Below, one piece after another: positions 1 through 13,231 of a stretch of 64,000 nucleotides of DNA; position 1 is the first letter of the stretch; every line of letters begins with the position of its first letter. Made by a program: the position numbers and the translations under genes. The notes under the pieces were generated by a model. The model worked only from the letters and a program-made list of their open reading frames with translations. It made no database searches and was not told where the DNA came from. Source of the stretch: Octopus vulgaris (taxonomy: Eukaryota); assembly GCA_951406725.2 (NCBI GenBank), contig OX597836.1, positions 30,814,001 through 30,878,000 of the forward strand, read 5' to 3'.

Positions 1-1751
1 TCCAAACATTTTTTTAACACCTATGCTTTTCCTGCAGACATTGATTTACAGATGTCCAAACTAATTATAAAACACATCCATCCACACCACAACCTCAGAA
101 AGTTTTTCACAGACTTACATGTAGTTTGAAAAGTAAAGTTCTTGATCATATCGTCTCTTCCTCTTGAGTAAAACCGTTGAAGAAATAATCCAGTTGTAGC
201 CATGAACAACATTATGATTTGAGCCACAAATAAAAGATACACAATCCTTATTATGAGTTTTATTTAATCATTTAGTAAGAGCATACATGACCATCTCGAG
301 AGTCTCAAAAAACGACAAGTTGTCATCCTCAGATGAAGATCTGACCAAAATACTTGCAACAGAGTAGATTCTGTTACAGGAAACCAAAGACTAAGTGGGA
401 ATAGTGTTAAATTGGGCGACAAACTAAATCTGCCACTGAAGAATAGGTTTTTCCATGCAGTTTCTGTCTACCAAATTCCACCAATAAGGTTTTAGTCAAC
501 TTGAAGTTATGACAGAAGACATTATTTGCCCCAGGTGCCATGCAGTATGATTCAACCTGAAACCATGAGGTTGTGAAGCTGACTGCTTAATCACACAACC
601 ATGCATATGTCTGTTACCGATATCTCCACCTTTGTATCTTGTGGTTCTCTCAAGGTTCAACCAGCAGAATAAGTTTACTTGCAAACATTGACTTCTCTTG
701 TTATTGTATCAATGCATCAACAAAAGTCTTATAAATATAATTTTGATACCAACAGGAAACAACCATATTTTCCAGCATACAAATTTTTCAGACCAAAATT
801 TGCAGATAAAATAAGCTGACCTATACACCAAGATGACTATAGATGACCAAAAATTTCATCTGAGTGTAAATCCAGACCAGCTCAACAAGGAACCTTCAGG
901 CAAAGGGTTACAAAAAGAGGATAATTTGGATAATGTAGTTAGACAGTATATTAAACCTGAGAGAAGACAAAGTGGTTAGATGTGAAGCCTTAATCATAGC
1001 AGAATTGGGGCTAACTAGAGAATTTCTTGTGATCTGTTGACCTGTCAAAAATAGAAGCTTGTTCTCCCAGGAATATCTTACCTTCTTTGAAATGGGAAGG
1101 GCACTTTAGATAAGATAGTCCTTGATACAGAAAAAGACAGGGATGGTTGTAGCTGGAATGGCTTTGATTATAGATCTGCTTAATCATTGCTGACCTGTAG
1201 CTAATAACATATACAAAATCAACAAGAAGGAAACATTGAATAATGTAGTCTAAAATACATTCATCATCATCATCATTTAACGTCTGCTTTCCATGCTGGT
1301 ATGGGTTGGCTGGTTTGACAGGAGATGGCTAGGCAGAAGATTGCATCAGGCTTTGCTGTCTGTTTTGGCATGGTTTTTTACAGCTGGATGCCTTTCATAA
1401 CACCAAACACTCCACAGAGATAAAAGTGGACATTCCTTTATTCTTTTACTTGTTTTAGTCATTTTGACTGCGGCCATGCTAGAGCACTACCTTTTTAGTC
1501 GAGCAAATCGACCCCAGGACTTATTCTTTGCAAGCCTAGTACTTATTCTATTGGTCACTTTTGCCGAACCGCTAAGTTACGGGGACAAACACATATACAC
1601 ACACATACGACGGGCTTCTTTGTGAATGAAAAAAATATATAAAGATGATCACAGCTGGAACATTCTTGATCAAATGTCTCCGGGATCATGACTGACCTGG
1701 GGCTAAACAATAAGAGAAAGAATAACAAAAAAAGTATTTTTAGTTAAATAA

Positions 1752-1757
1752 TTTATT
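1752..1757 (-). promoter_or_regulatory. Candidate MTG1 polyadenylation signal AATAAA
   Basis: AATAAA on minus strand about 300 nt after the stop; AT-rich context makes it non-unique. Confidence 0.45.
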
Positions 1758-2057
1758 CAACAATAAAAATTAAAAAAATATCAACATAGTTTTTTTTTTT
1801 TTCTTCCCATGATTTTCTTCCTGAATTTCCACATGTCAGACAATCTGGAAACAGTACATTTTTTTTTCCTTTTTGCTTCGTAGTAAATTTACAAATTTCT
1901 ATATTATTGGAAATAATTATATTTACAGTTGAATGTCTCTTTTTACAGCTAACTATTCAGCTGTGAACAATAAATATAACCTATTGTTAGCCAGCAAGGC
2001 AGAGAAAAGAAAGGTTGTATATACAGGGAAGTATAAAACGATATTTTACAGCAAGCA

Positions 2058-2182
2058 TTATGCTTTATGTAAATGCTTCATTTTATTACTGTCAAGCATA
2101 ACTGGACCAAGCTCTCCGGCTCGAAATTTCTTTAAGACAAGTGCAGCTGCTGCAGTGAAGTCAGGCTTGTATACTGTACGAC
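2058..2182 (-). CDS. MTG1: MTG1 exon 10, last coding exon (GRTVYKPDFTAAAALVLKKFRAGELGPVMLD...KA*)
   Basis: FRxGxLG.VMLD C-terminal motif; ctttccag acceptor; TAA at 2060-2058; summed CDS 990 nt. Confidence 0.94.
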
Positions 2183-2484
2183 CTGGAAAGGGAAGAAAAA
2201 TTATATGGAATCAATTATTTAAAATGTTTCAGAAATATAAACATTAATATTTTGCATCCTTTTCAGAAAAGACAAAGAGGAAAACAGAAAAGAAGAAGGC
2301 TGGCAAATGATGTATCATCTAGATCCAGTCAGTGTTTCTACATGCTGAAGTAAGTGCTTATAAAATCTGATATTGTTTCACATTATAGCTTGTCCACATC
2401 ACTCTGCAAGGAGCAAACGGCAAGTTTCTTAGTTTTTCTGGTGTATATATTATTCCCTAGATGGGACACCGGTCTGGGACAGGA

Positions 2485-2856
2485 TTTACTCTTTCACTTG
2501 CTTCAGTCATTTGACTGTGGCCGTGCTGGAGCACCGCCTTTAGTCGAGCAACTGGACCCCAGGACTTATTCTTTGTAAGCCTAGTACTTATTCTATCGGT
2601 CTCTTTTGCCGAATCACTAAGTTATAGGGATGTAAACATACCAGCATTGGTTGGCAAGCAATGTTGGGGGGACAAACACAGACATACAAACATATACACA
2701 CACACATACATATATATATATACATATATACGATGGGCTTCTTTCAGTTTCTGTCTACCAAATCCACTCACAAGGCTTTGGTCAGCCTGAGGCTATAGTA
2801 GAAGACACTTGCCCAAGGTGCCACGCAGTAGGACTGAACCCAGAACCATGTAGTTA
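2485..2856 (-). mobile_element. tRNA-derived SINE family A copy
   Basis: Same body, internal TA/CA microsatellite and AAAAGAGT-type tail as other copies. Confidence 0.85.
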
Positions 2857-3107
2857 GCATATGTGGTAAAAAGGATTACTCCTTTTTACCAGCTGAGTGG
2901 ACTGGAGCAATGTGAAATGAAGTGTTTTGCTCAAAGAAACAATGCATCACCCGGTCCAGGAACTGAAACTGCAATCTTATGATCATGAGTCTAACAACCT
3001 AACCACTAAGCCACATGCCTCCACACTATCCACATTATAATCTTAGGCAATTAAATGATATAATGATAACGATTTCAAATTAGAGACATCTTAAATTTGA
3101 TAGTCAC

Positions 3108-3223
3108 CTTGTGAAGGATCTAGAGAAGTAACCCGTGCTATTTTGTTGTTCTTCAAGGCCACATGATTTAGGAACTCCAGGACATCATCCAAAGGTTCTT
3201 TCAATTCAAACACTGATACGTAG
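3108..3223 (-). CDS. MTG1: MTG1 exon 9 (YVSVFELKEPLDDVLEFLNHVALKNNKIARVTSLDPSQ-G)
   Basis: ttttttcag and GTGACT splice sites; open in the expected phase (2 in, 1 out). Confidence 0.9.
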
Positions 3224-3498
3224 CTGAAAAAATAAAGATAAAACACCAGGTATTCCTGTGTTAGTGGTTTGTTTTTTGTAGAGTAGAATTTAATGGTTTG
3301 GTTAAAAGGAAGAGCAGAACTAGAAGTTTGTTCGATCTGTTTCTTTACAGGGATTTTAAGGCTTGAGGATAGGGAAGAAAGAAGGCAGAAATCATAACTC
3401 AGGGGTTACAACAATGTGCATGTGAGTGTGTATGTATACGTGTGTGTGCATGCACACACACACACATATATTATATATATATTTATATATAGACACAT

Positions 3499-3531
<33 letters not shown>

Positions 3532-4391
3532 CATACACATATACATATATATAATAATATAAATAATATATAAATATATGCATATATACACACATATACG
3601 TACATACCTACATATATATGTATATATACATGCATATATGGGTACAGGGCATCAAAAAAATGTTGAACACAATGAGAAACAAAAACGTAAAAATAAAAAC
3701 ATAGAAACGAACTTTTTTTTTGAGCAACGAAAAAAACAGAGAAATGAGACATACAACATAACGAATATTCCCCTTCTTCAGTTGTCCCTGTTTCATCTAC
3801 TCTGCGTTTCGAAGGTAAGGACAAAACACGACTTCATTGAAACAGTCCTTCCCACAAAGCAAATTAAATAAAATATATATGCATATATACATACATATAC
3901 ATGTGTGTGTGAAGGAGCAGGTGTGACTATAGATGTTTAGATGTTGTTTGGTTAAGAAGCTTGCTTCCTAGTCATGGGGTTTTGAGTTCAGTCCCGCTGT
4001 GCAGTATCTTGGACAAATGTCTTTTACTTTAGCCTCAAGGTGACCAAAGACTTGTGACTTTGGCAGATGGAAACTGAAAGAACCCAGTTGTGTGTGTGAG
4101 TGCGCATATCATTATTGTGACATCACATGAGGATTGTAAATGAATGCCTATGTCAAGCATGTTGCTGTCAGTGTTCTTTGCTTTAAATCTTCTGCGGAAA
4201 ATGCTAGACCATAGGGAAATATTACTTTGCTTGGAAACAGGTGAAGGGTGGCATCTGCTTGGAAACAGGTGAAAGGGCATCTGGTGGTAGAAAATCTGCT
4301 TCAACAAATTCTGTTTAATCCATGCAAGTATGAAAAAGGGGTCATTAAATGATGAAATGACAATTTGTTATATATATATATATATATATAT

Positions 4392-4557
4392 AGGCGCAGG
4401 AGTGGCTGTGTGGTAAGTAGTTTGTTTACCAACCACATGGTTCCAGGTTCAGTCCCACTGCGTGGCACCTTGGGCAAGTGTCTTCTACTATAGCCTCGGG
4501 CCGACCAAAGCCTTGTGAGTGGATTTGGTAGACGGAAACTGAAAGAAGCCTGTCGTA

Positions 4558-4606
<49 letters not shown>

Positions 4607-4798
4607 ATGTGTGTGTTTGTCCCCCTAGCATTGCTTGACAACCGATGCTGGTGTGTTTATGTCCCCGTTACTTAGCGGTTCGGCAAAAGAGATTGATAGA
4701 ATAAGTACTGGGCTTACAAAAGAATAAGTCCCGGGGTCGAGTTGCTCGATTAAATGTGGTGCTTCAGCATGGCCGCAGTCAAATGACTGAAACAAGTA
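4392..4798 (+). mobile_element. SINE family A, full length
   Basis: Pol III A-box-like TGGCTGTGTGG, B-box-like GGTTCAGTCCC, CORE-like CCTTGGGCAAGTG, internal microsatellite. Confidence 0.9.
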
Positions 4799-4822
4799 TT
4801 ATTAGATGTATTCTATATCTAT

Positions 4823-5218
4823 TATCTTTTATTTGTTTCAGTCATTAGACTGTGGCCATGCTGGGGCACTGCTTTGAAGAATTTTAGTCGAATGAATCAA
4901 TCCCAGTACTTATTATTTTTTTGTAAAGCTTGGTACTTCTTCAATCAGTCTCTTTTGTTGAACCACTAGGTTACAGGGACATAAACACACCAACACTTGT
5001 TGCCAAGTGGTAATGGGGGACAAACACATACACAAACACACACACACACACACACACAATGGGCTACTTTCAGTTTCTGTCAACCAAATCTGCTCACAAA
5101 GCTTTGGTTGGCCCAAGGTTATAGTAGAAGGCAGTTGCTCAAGGTGCCAACCAGTGGGACTGAACTTGGAACCATGTGGTTGGGAAGCAAACTTCTTACC
5201 ACACAGCCATGCCTGCAT
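4823..5218 (-). mobile_element. SINE family A, older diverged copy
   Basis: Reverse complement of the same consensus with more substitutions. Confidence 0.8.
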
Positions 5219-5635
5219 CTATGTATATGTATATAATGTACACATACATCACATGTATAAAAAGAAACATAACCATCACTTGCTACATGTATGACCTGGT
5301 AACATGCACCATGCTTTTGTCAATTGCTTTTTTGGCACTAGATACCCTCTTGAACATTCTCCCTCTTGACTCAACAGAAAAATGGGCATATGACAGCCGG
5401 AGGAAGAAAGGGCTACATCAGTATGGGGATGGCACTCATGTCAGATGTATGTAAGTGTGAACATGGTTGAATAAAACAACTCTAGTACTTCATGGAGGAC
5501 TAATTTTTTATCCACTTCTTGGAATGAAGAAAGGCAAGAAAGACAAAGTTGCCCCTTTTGGCATTGGAATTTAGACTATAATAAGGCATGACTTAATTAT
5601 CATTATTAACATCTGAAAGAATTTTGGAAATTTAC

Positions 5636-5717
5636 CGAAAATTGTTGTGCTTGTTGAACCAGTAGAGTAAAAAGTCGACAATCACGTCTTCTCCAACCAG
5701 ATGGTCTTGAAGACAAG
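5636..5717 (-). CDS. MTG1: MTG1 exon 8 ([28 protein letters not shown])
   Basis: DHLVGE...D.LLY..NK motif; ctttacag and GTAAAT splice sites. Confidence 0.94.
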
Positions 5718-6151
5718 CTGTAAAGACAGAAATGATAATTTGTTGTAGCTGTGGGTATGTATGTGTTTATATGTATGAGGGAGAAAAGTGGGAAATAGAG
5801 AGAAAAACACAGGAAAGAAGGAAATAGAGAGGGAAATAGAGAGAGAAAGAAAAGCAGGTTAGAGTGAGGGAGGTCGACTTATACACCAAGATGAGTTTGG
5901 AGGACCAAAAATTCCATGTGAAATGCACCAGGATTTGGAGAGACAGTGATGATGTTTGAATGTTTACACTATATTCTATGTTGGCTTGTATACCAGAAAA
6001 CACTATGTATACCAGAAAACACTATGTATACCAGAAAACACTATGTATGTATGTATGTATGAGTCAATGAAGGAAACTTTGTATGATCACTAGACCTGTT
6101 ACAAATAGCAGATAAATTTCTTCCAAATTGCAGTTGTCTTATTTATGTGCA

Positions 6152-6358
6152 TACCATATTTTCTAGCCTATAAGTCCAATTTTTCAGACCAAAATTTAAA
6201 GCCCCAACAAAAAAGGTAGGTTGACTTATATACCAGGACAACTTTGGAGGACCAAAAATTCCATGTGAAATGAAGGAGGATTTGGAAATATTGTTTGAGT
6301 GTTTACACTACATGTTTCACAATATACTACATTGACTTCTATGCTGGGAAACACTGTA
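6152..6358. mobile_element. Old pogo/Tc2-like MITE (related pieces at 763-860, 5872-6000, 59811-59993)
   Basis: CCATATTTTC..GC.TA start and matching inverted end; GTCGACTTATAC motif. Confidence 0.5.
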
Positions 6359-6594
6359 GTATGTTGGCAGCAGTAGTGGTGACAGTGTACATTACAGCTG
6401 GCACTGTGCGGTAGTATAATAGTATGTTGATAATGATTATGGCAGTAGTGTACTGTATACATGATATATATTGTTGGGATAGTAGATTGGCAGTATATCG
6501 TGGTGATTGTAGTATGTTGTTGCTATTGGTATATTATATAGTTGGTGTCCTATGATGGTATGTTGTTGTATGGGGTATAGTATGTTGCTGTATT

Positions 6595-6997
6595 CAAGGC
6601 AACGAGCTGGCAGAATCGTTAGCACGCCGGTATTTCGTCTGTCGCTACGTTCTGAGTTCAAATTCCGCCGAGGTCGACTTTGCCTTTCATCCTTTCGGGG
6701 TCGATAAATTAAGTACCGGTTACGCACAGGGGTCGATGTAATCGACTTAATACCTATGTATGTCCTTGTTTGTCCCCTCTGTGTTTAGCCCCTTGTGGGT
6801 AATAAAGAAATAGGTATTTCGTCTGTCGCTACGTTCTGAGTTCAAATTCCGCCGAGGTCGACTTTGCCTTTCATCCTTTCGGGGTCAATAAATTAAGTAC
6901 CAGTTACGCACTGGGGTCGATATAATCGACTTAATCCGTTTGTCTGTCCTTGTTTGTCCTCTCTATGTGTAGTCCCTTGTGGGTAGTAAAGAAATAG
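6595..6997 (+). mobile_element. SINE family B (Meta-domain-like), tandem dimer with 15 bp TSD
   Basis: GTCGACTTTGCCTTTCATCCTTTCGGGGTC core twice; TSD GTATGTTGCTGTATT at 6580-6594 and 6998-7012. Confidence 0.88.
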
Positions 6998-7157
6998 GTA
7001 TGTTGCTGTATTGAGTAAAACAGAATTGCAATATTGAAATTAGTTGCAGGCAGTGAGCTGGCAGAATTGTTAGCATACTGGGTAAAGTGCTTAGGTTCCC
7101 TTGTTAGCACATTGCTGACCTACCATGGTGGTATGTTGTAGTGGTGGTAGTACTTAC

Positions 7158-7254
7158 CGCAAAGGGCTAACTTCATCCCAACATCGACATTCTTCACTTC
7201 TGGTGCTAATACTCCTGGAGTGTCGTAGACATAAATTTTGGGGTCAGCTGATAC
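7158..7254 (-). CDS. MTG1: MTG1 exon 7 (VSADPKIYVYDTPGVLAPEVKNVDVGMKLALC)
   Basis: DTPG (G3) motif; atcccag and GTAAGT splice sites. Confidence 0.96.
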
Positions 7255-7601
7255 CTGGGATAAAACAGAATTGCAATATTAAAAGTAGTTGGCAGAATTG
7301 TTAGCATGCTGGGTGAAATGCTTAGCAAAGGTTGACTTTATCTTTCTTCCTTTAGGGGTTGATAAAATAAATACCAGCTGAGTACTGGGGTTGATGTAAA
7401 TGACTTAGCTCTGCTCCCAAAATTGCTGGCCTTGTGCCGAAATTTGAAATCAATATTAAGAATAGTGGTATCTAGGGTAAGACAGAATTGTAATACTAAA
7501 AATATTGATTTTGTTGTTTCTTAGTCCTAAGTTAATCTTGATCAAATAGTCCTGTGTCAACATTACCCAAATGATGTCGATGTGAAAGTTTGAGAAAACA
7601 A

Positions 7602-7633
<32 letters not shown>

Positions 7634-8007
7634 GACAGGCTTCAGTACAGTTTCTGTCCATCGAATTTAAATCATAAAGCATTGGCTAACCTAAAGCTAT
7701 AGTTGAAGGCTATAGTGTTGTAACATTTTGTTGTCTAAAGCAAGAATTGTTCTCCTTGGCAGGGCCACAGTGAGAAGCCTTCACAAGTTCAAATATGTCC
7801 CAAACACACACGAGCTGATTGAAAGTTTGTTTATTTTCTATCACTGCTTCATGCACCTACCCCCACCACACACACAAGACAGACTTCTAGTTTTCTACCA
7901 AATCCACTCAAGGTTTTTGGTTGGCGTATCCAAAGTAGTCTGTGCGGTGGGACTGAACTTGAAATCATATGATTAGAAAGTGAACTTCTTAGTTACGTAG
8001 CCATACC

Positions 8008-8358
8008 ACTTGCTTCCCAACGACATGGTTCTGGGTTCAGTTCTACTTGGGCAAGTGTCTTCAACTATAGCCTTAGTCTGACCAAAGCCCTGTGAGTGGA
8101 TTTGGCAGATGGAAACTGAAAGAAGCCTGTTGTATATGTCTTATATATATCTATGTGTATGTATCTTTGTGTCTGTCCCCCAACACCATTTGACAACTGG
8201 TGTTGGTGTATTTATTACATCCCCATAACTTAGTAGTTTGGCAAAAGAGATTGATAAAATAAGTACCAGGCCTAAAAAAGAAATACTGGGGTTGATTCAT
8301 TTGACTAAAAATTCTTTAAGGTGGTGCCCCAGCATGGCTGAAACAAGTAAAAGATAAC
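8008..8358 (+). mobile_element. SINE family A, older copy
   Basis: Diverged match to family A consensus. Confidence 0.75.
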
Positions 8359-8890
8359 AGATACATCATCATCATTCAATGTTCATGTTCCCTGCCAGCA
8401 TGGGCAGATGGGTTGGACATATATATATATATATATATAAGGGTAAAAACCCCCTTCGGTCATGAGTGACCATAGGATTGCACCTAGGAAGTTACCCTCC
8501 AACATACAAGTCTGGGCAAGGATGTTTATGGAAGACCAGCAGTTGCCCATGCATACCAGCCCCTCCCCCACTGAGATTATCCAAGAGAAAGGCAAAAGCC
8601 GAGACAGCTTGGCACCAGTGATGTTGCAACTCATTTCTAAAGCTGAGTGAACTGGAGCAACATGAAATAGTGTCTTGCAAAAGAACACAACACATAGCCC
8701 AGTCCAAGAACTGAACTCACTACCTCAAGACTATGAGCCTGACACTCTCTCTATATATATATGGCACTTTCAGTTTCTGTCTACCATATTCACTCATAAG
8801 TCTTTGTTTGGCCTGAAAAATAGCTATGATTTTATCACAGCCATGTTTTGCTCCTTAAAGGCTTTATTATAAGAACAAAAAAAAAGTTAC

Positions 8891-8952
8891 CTTAATTTTC
8901 TCCAACACAGATCTTGTAATACCTGCCCTTGCCCCTACAGGAGTGGCTTTAC
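8891..8952 (-). CDS. MTG1: MTG1 exon 6 (GKATPVGARAGITRSVLEKIK)
   Basis: GxT (G2) motif GITR; ccatgcag and GTAACT splice sites; frame consistent. Confidence 0.94.
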
Positions 8953-9215
8953 CTGCATGGAAAAAAAAAGGAATAAAATTAACATTTATATACAGTATCT
9001 TCTTTTTCCCATAATGACATCAGATTCGGGGAACAAAGTAATTTACATATTTTTCAAATACAGGTTAATCAGTGGAAACAATAAATCAAAAGAATTAGGT
9101 ATGAATGCCAGCAATGTCTGGGCTATCAAAGATGTGTGGAATGAAAACTTAGAAGTGAGAATTGGCATCAGGAAGGGCAGCTAGCTGTGTAAAAACAATG
9201 CTTCAACAATATGTA

Positions 9216-9764
9216 TTGGGTTGTCCGGAAAGTTTGTGCCGATTTTTAAAGGAAAGAAAGAGGTCAATAAATACTTGCCAGTACATTTTTAATCAACCAA
9301 ATATGAACCATTTTGTTGCACAATGCATCTCCATCTTTCCTTTAACTTGAAAATACCCTCTTCCCAGAATTGAAGAATTCGTCAAGGTATATTTTACGTC
9401 ATCCAAGGAATTGAAATTTTTACTATCAAGACTATTCTGCAGAGACCTGAATAAGTGGAAATCTGAAGGAGCAATATGTGGTAAAGATGGAGGGTGGAGT
9501 AACACATCCCAGCCGAGCTGCAGCAATTTTTGTCTGGTTCCCAAAGCATCAAGTGCCGAAAATGAACTTTCTTATCTACCATTTTAAAGGGTTACAAAAT
9601 TAACACAGATTATAGGAACATAAACCTTCTTCCACGAAAAGATAGCTTAAACTGTGCTCTAAATGGAGGTGTAGTCAAATCCTATTTTATGGACTCAACC
9701 ATGTTCTAAAATAAGTCGAAAGGTAAGCTACTATAAATCGGAACAAACTTTCCGGACGACCCAA
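9216..9764 (-). mobile_element. Internally deleted mariner element
   Basis: TIRs TTGGGTTGTCCGGAAAGTTTGT / ACAAACTTTCCGGACGACCCAA, TA on both sides, LHPPS.PHIAPSDFHLF transposase remnant. Confidence 0.92.
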
Positions 9765-10459
9765 TATTTGTCTAATACATGAAAGCAGGGAAAAATGATG
9801 TAAAAACAAATGAATACACAGATACGGACACACACACATACCATCCTCATTATCCATATCCCATGTTTGAACAGGTTGGATGGTTTGACAGGATCTGATG
9901 AATCTAAGGACTGCATTGACCTCCGATGTCTATTTTGGCATGGATTTTATAACTAGGTGCCCTTCCTAACACCAACCATTTTATAGTGAGGACTGGGTCC
10001 TTTTTATGTGTCACCTGCACTGTTGAGGTGCCTATGTATACATACATACACCCACATACACATGTGTGTGAGTGTATATTATATATATATATGTCATTGT
10101 TTTAACATTTATTTTTCCATTCCTGCATGGATCAGATGAGATCTGTTGAGGCAAATTTTCTATAGCAAGACACTCTTCTTTTTGTCAACCAAAATTATAT
10201 ATCTCCTAGTCTGGACATCACCACTTGTATGATGGTGAGGTTTGTTTACAATTAGTGCTCGATGACAACAAAAGAACACACACACACACACACATGGCAG
10301 GCTTCTTTGTTAGTTTACATCTGGCAGATTCACTCATGACATTTTAGTCAGTCTGGTAGGCTGTAGTAGAAGATACTTGCCCAAGGTGCTGTGCAGTGGG
10401 ACTGAACCTGAAACTATGTGGTCACAAACTGAAGGTCTTGACAGCCATGCCTTCGTTTA

Positions 10460-10689
10460 TCTATCTATCTATTTATTTATCTATATGTGTATGTATGTGT
10501 GTATACATATTTATCTATATGTGTATGTTTGTATGTATATATATGCATATGCATGCATACATATATATTTATATGTATATATATGCATATGCATGCATAC
10601 ATATATATTTATATGTATATATGTATGCATGCAATATACATGTACTTGTATGCATATACATTGCATGTGTGTATACATATACACACACA

Positions 10690-10732
<43 letters not shown>

Positions 10733-11204
10733 GAATGTATATTTACACACACATGCACGCACACACACACACACACACACGTGCACACACACACATAATA
10801 CAGCTTACTATTTCATCCCTATTTCAAAGAGCCGAGAGTATTGACGATGCGTTGGTAATTGGGAAACATCTGATAGCATTGAAGCTTTGTTCTCATCAGG
10901 GGCTGACAACCGAATGATGGATGGAAATGCATTCAGTTTCGGGGGGGGGGGGGGGGGAAAAAGAAGAAAAAAAAAAATTGAAAGGATGTAAGGAATGATA
11001 AAATGAATGCAATAAATAAATAAATATATAAATAAAAAAAACAGATAGAAAGTAAGCGAAGAAATGAATAATTGAATGGAGAGAAAGAAATAATAAGCAG
11101 TCACTCAAAATCCAAAATCAAAGAAAAACAACCAGTGTAAACATGAAAATGACAGCTTGACATGCTTTTAATAGAGTTTTATATGTGTGCGTGTGTGTGT
11201 GTGT

Positions 11205-11237
<33 letters not shown>

Positions 11238-11317
11238 CATCATCATCGTTTCACACACACACACATATATGTGTGTGTGTGTACATATATATACATATAT
11301 ATATATATATACATACA

Positions 11318-11348
<31 letters not shown>

Positions 11349-11755
11349 TATATACACACACATATATATATATACATATATATATACACACATATATATA
11401 TATATGTATGTATATAATTATGTATTTGTATAAGCATTTTTAGAGAGTTATAGCCAAAAAACAGCAAAAAAATGGGAAAAAATGATGGTAAATTTTTTTT
11501 TGATAGTTAAAAAAGGTGGAGTTGCGTCCCCTACACAGTTTGTGGTTTGTGTTCCTGATTCTCGACCCCATGTCGAATTTATCGATTTTTTCACCTATGG
11601 CACACCGAAAATGAACAACACTGCTTGTATGACAGAGATGCTTGTTCATAACCATCACATGATGTCAAGACAATGTATTTGTAGATATATATATATATAT
11701 ATATGTATGTATATACATATATGTGTGCGTGTATGTGTGTATATATATATATATG

Positions 11756-11798
<43 letters not shown>

Positions 11799-11855
11799 AT
11801 GTATATGTATACACACACACACATGCATACATATATATGTATATATATATATATT
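10460..11855. repeat. TA/TG/CA microsatellite-rich field
   Basis: Direct observation. Confidence 0.9.
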
Positions 11856-12485
11856 ATCTTTTACTTGTTTCAGTCATTAGACAGCAGCCATGCTGGGGCA
11901 TCGGCTTGAAGTTTTGGTCAAATTAAGCAACCCAAGTCCTAATAAAAACATACATATGTTGGTGTCTGGTGTAGCTCCACCAGCCCGCCAGCTCTGGTCA
12001 AATCGTGCAACCCATGCCAGCATGGACAATGGACGAAAATGAACAACACTGCTTGTATGACAGAGATGCTTGTTCATAACCATCACATGATGTCAAGACA
12101 AGGATACACACAAACATATATTTTGACAAAGGACCCAGATGTCTGGTGCCTTTCTCTACTCAAGAAGACCTGTACTCTGCAGCAGAAATGTTAAGACTGG
12201 ACCTTCTGGTGGTGCCATGTAAAAGCACCCACCACATTCTGTAAAGTGGTTGGCATTAGGAAGGGTATTCAGCTGTAGAAACCATGCCAAATCAGATTGG
12301 AGTCTGGTGTACCTCCACCAGCCTGCCAGCTCTGGTCAAATTGTGCAACCCATGCCAGCATGGACAATGGATGATAAATAATGATGGTGATGATGATGAT
12401 ACATAAATACATAGAAACAAACAAACAAATTCCATCCGACTCATGCAAGCATGGAAAAGTGGATGTTAAAACAATGATGACGATG

Positions 12486-12886
12486 AGGCGCAGGAGTGGC
12501 TGTGTGGTAAATAGCTTGCTTACCAACCACATGGTTCCAGGTTCAGTCCCACTGTGTGGCGCTTTGGGTAAGTGTCTACTATAGCCTCGGGTCGACCAAA
12601 GAAATGTGAGTGGATTTGGTAGACAGAAACTGAAAGAAGCCTGTCGTATAAATGTATATGTATATGTGTGTGTGTGTGTGTGTCTGTGTTTGTCCCCCCA
12701 ACATCGCTTGACAACCGATGCTGGTGTGTTTACTTCTCTGTAACTTAGCGGTTCGGCAAAAGAGACGGATAGAATAGGTACTAGGTTTACAAAGAATAAG
12801 TCCTGGGGTCGATTTGCTTGACTAAAAAGGTGGTGCTCCAGCATGGCCTCGGTCAAATGACTGAAACGAGTAGAAGAGTAAAGAGT
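12486..12886 (+). mobile_element. SINE family A, full length
   Basis: Head, microsatellite and tail intact. Confidence 0.9.
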
Positions 12887-13073
12887 ATGATGATATATAA
12901 CTTAGGGTTCGAGACAATTAGTGATTTGCTGGGCTCGAGACTATGCCAAAGCTGATGTGGGAGCCAGAGGCCTGTGCTGAGTTTAGTACAGGCCTCTAGC
13001 TCATTACTTCCAGCCAAACCATCCAACCCAAAATATAAATGGTGATAACAATGTTAAATATATGTGTGTGTGT

Positions 13074-13117
<44 letters not shown>

Positions 13118-13231
13118 CACACACACAACCGGCTTCTTTTAGTTACTGCCTACTATAATCCATTCACAAAGCCTTGGTTCACCTGAAAGGCATAGAAAGT
13201 AGATCTTAAAAACTAAAAAGATGATCATCTC

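Noticed and set aside
3760-3850. Further hammerhead-like fragments (CTGAAGAAGG and TTCGAAACG on minus strand)
   Set aside because: Elements are in the wrong order or lack convincing stems
12269-12856. Recurrent ORFs such as YDGLLSVSVYQIHSQGFGRPEAIVEDTCPRCH suggesting a gene family
   Set aside because: All are translations of SINE family A
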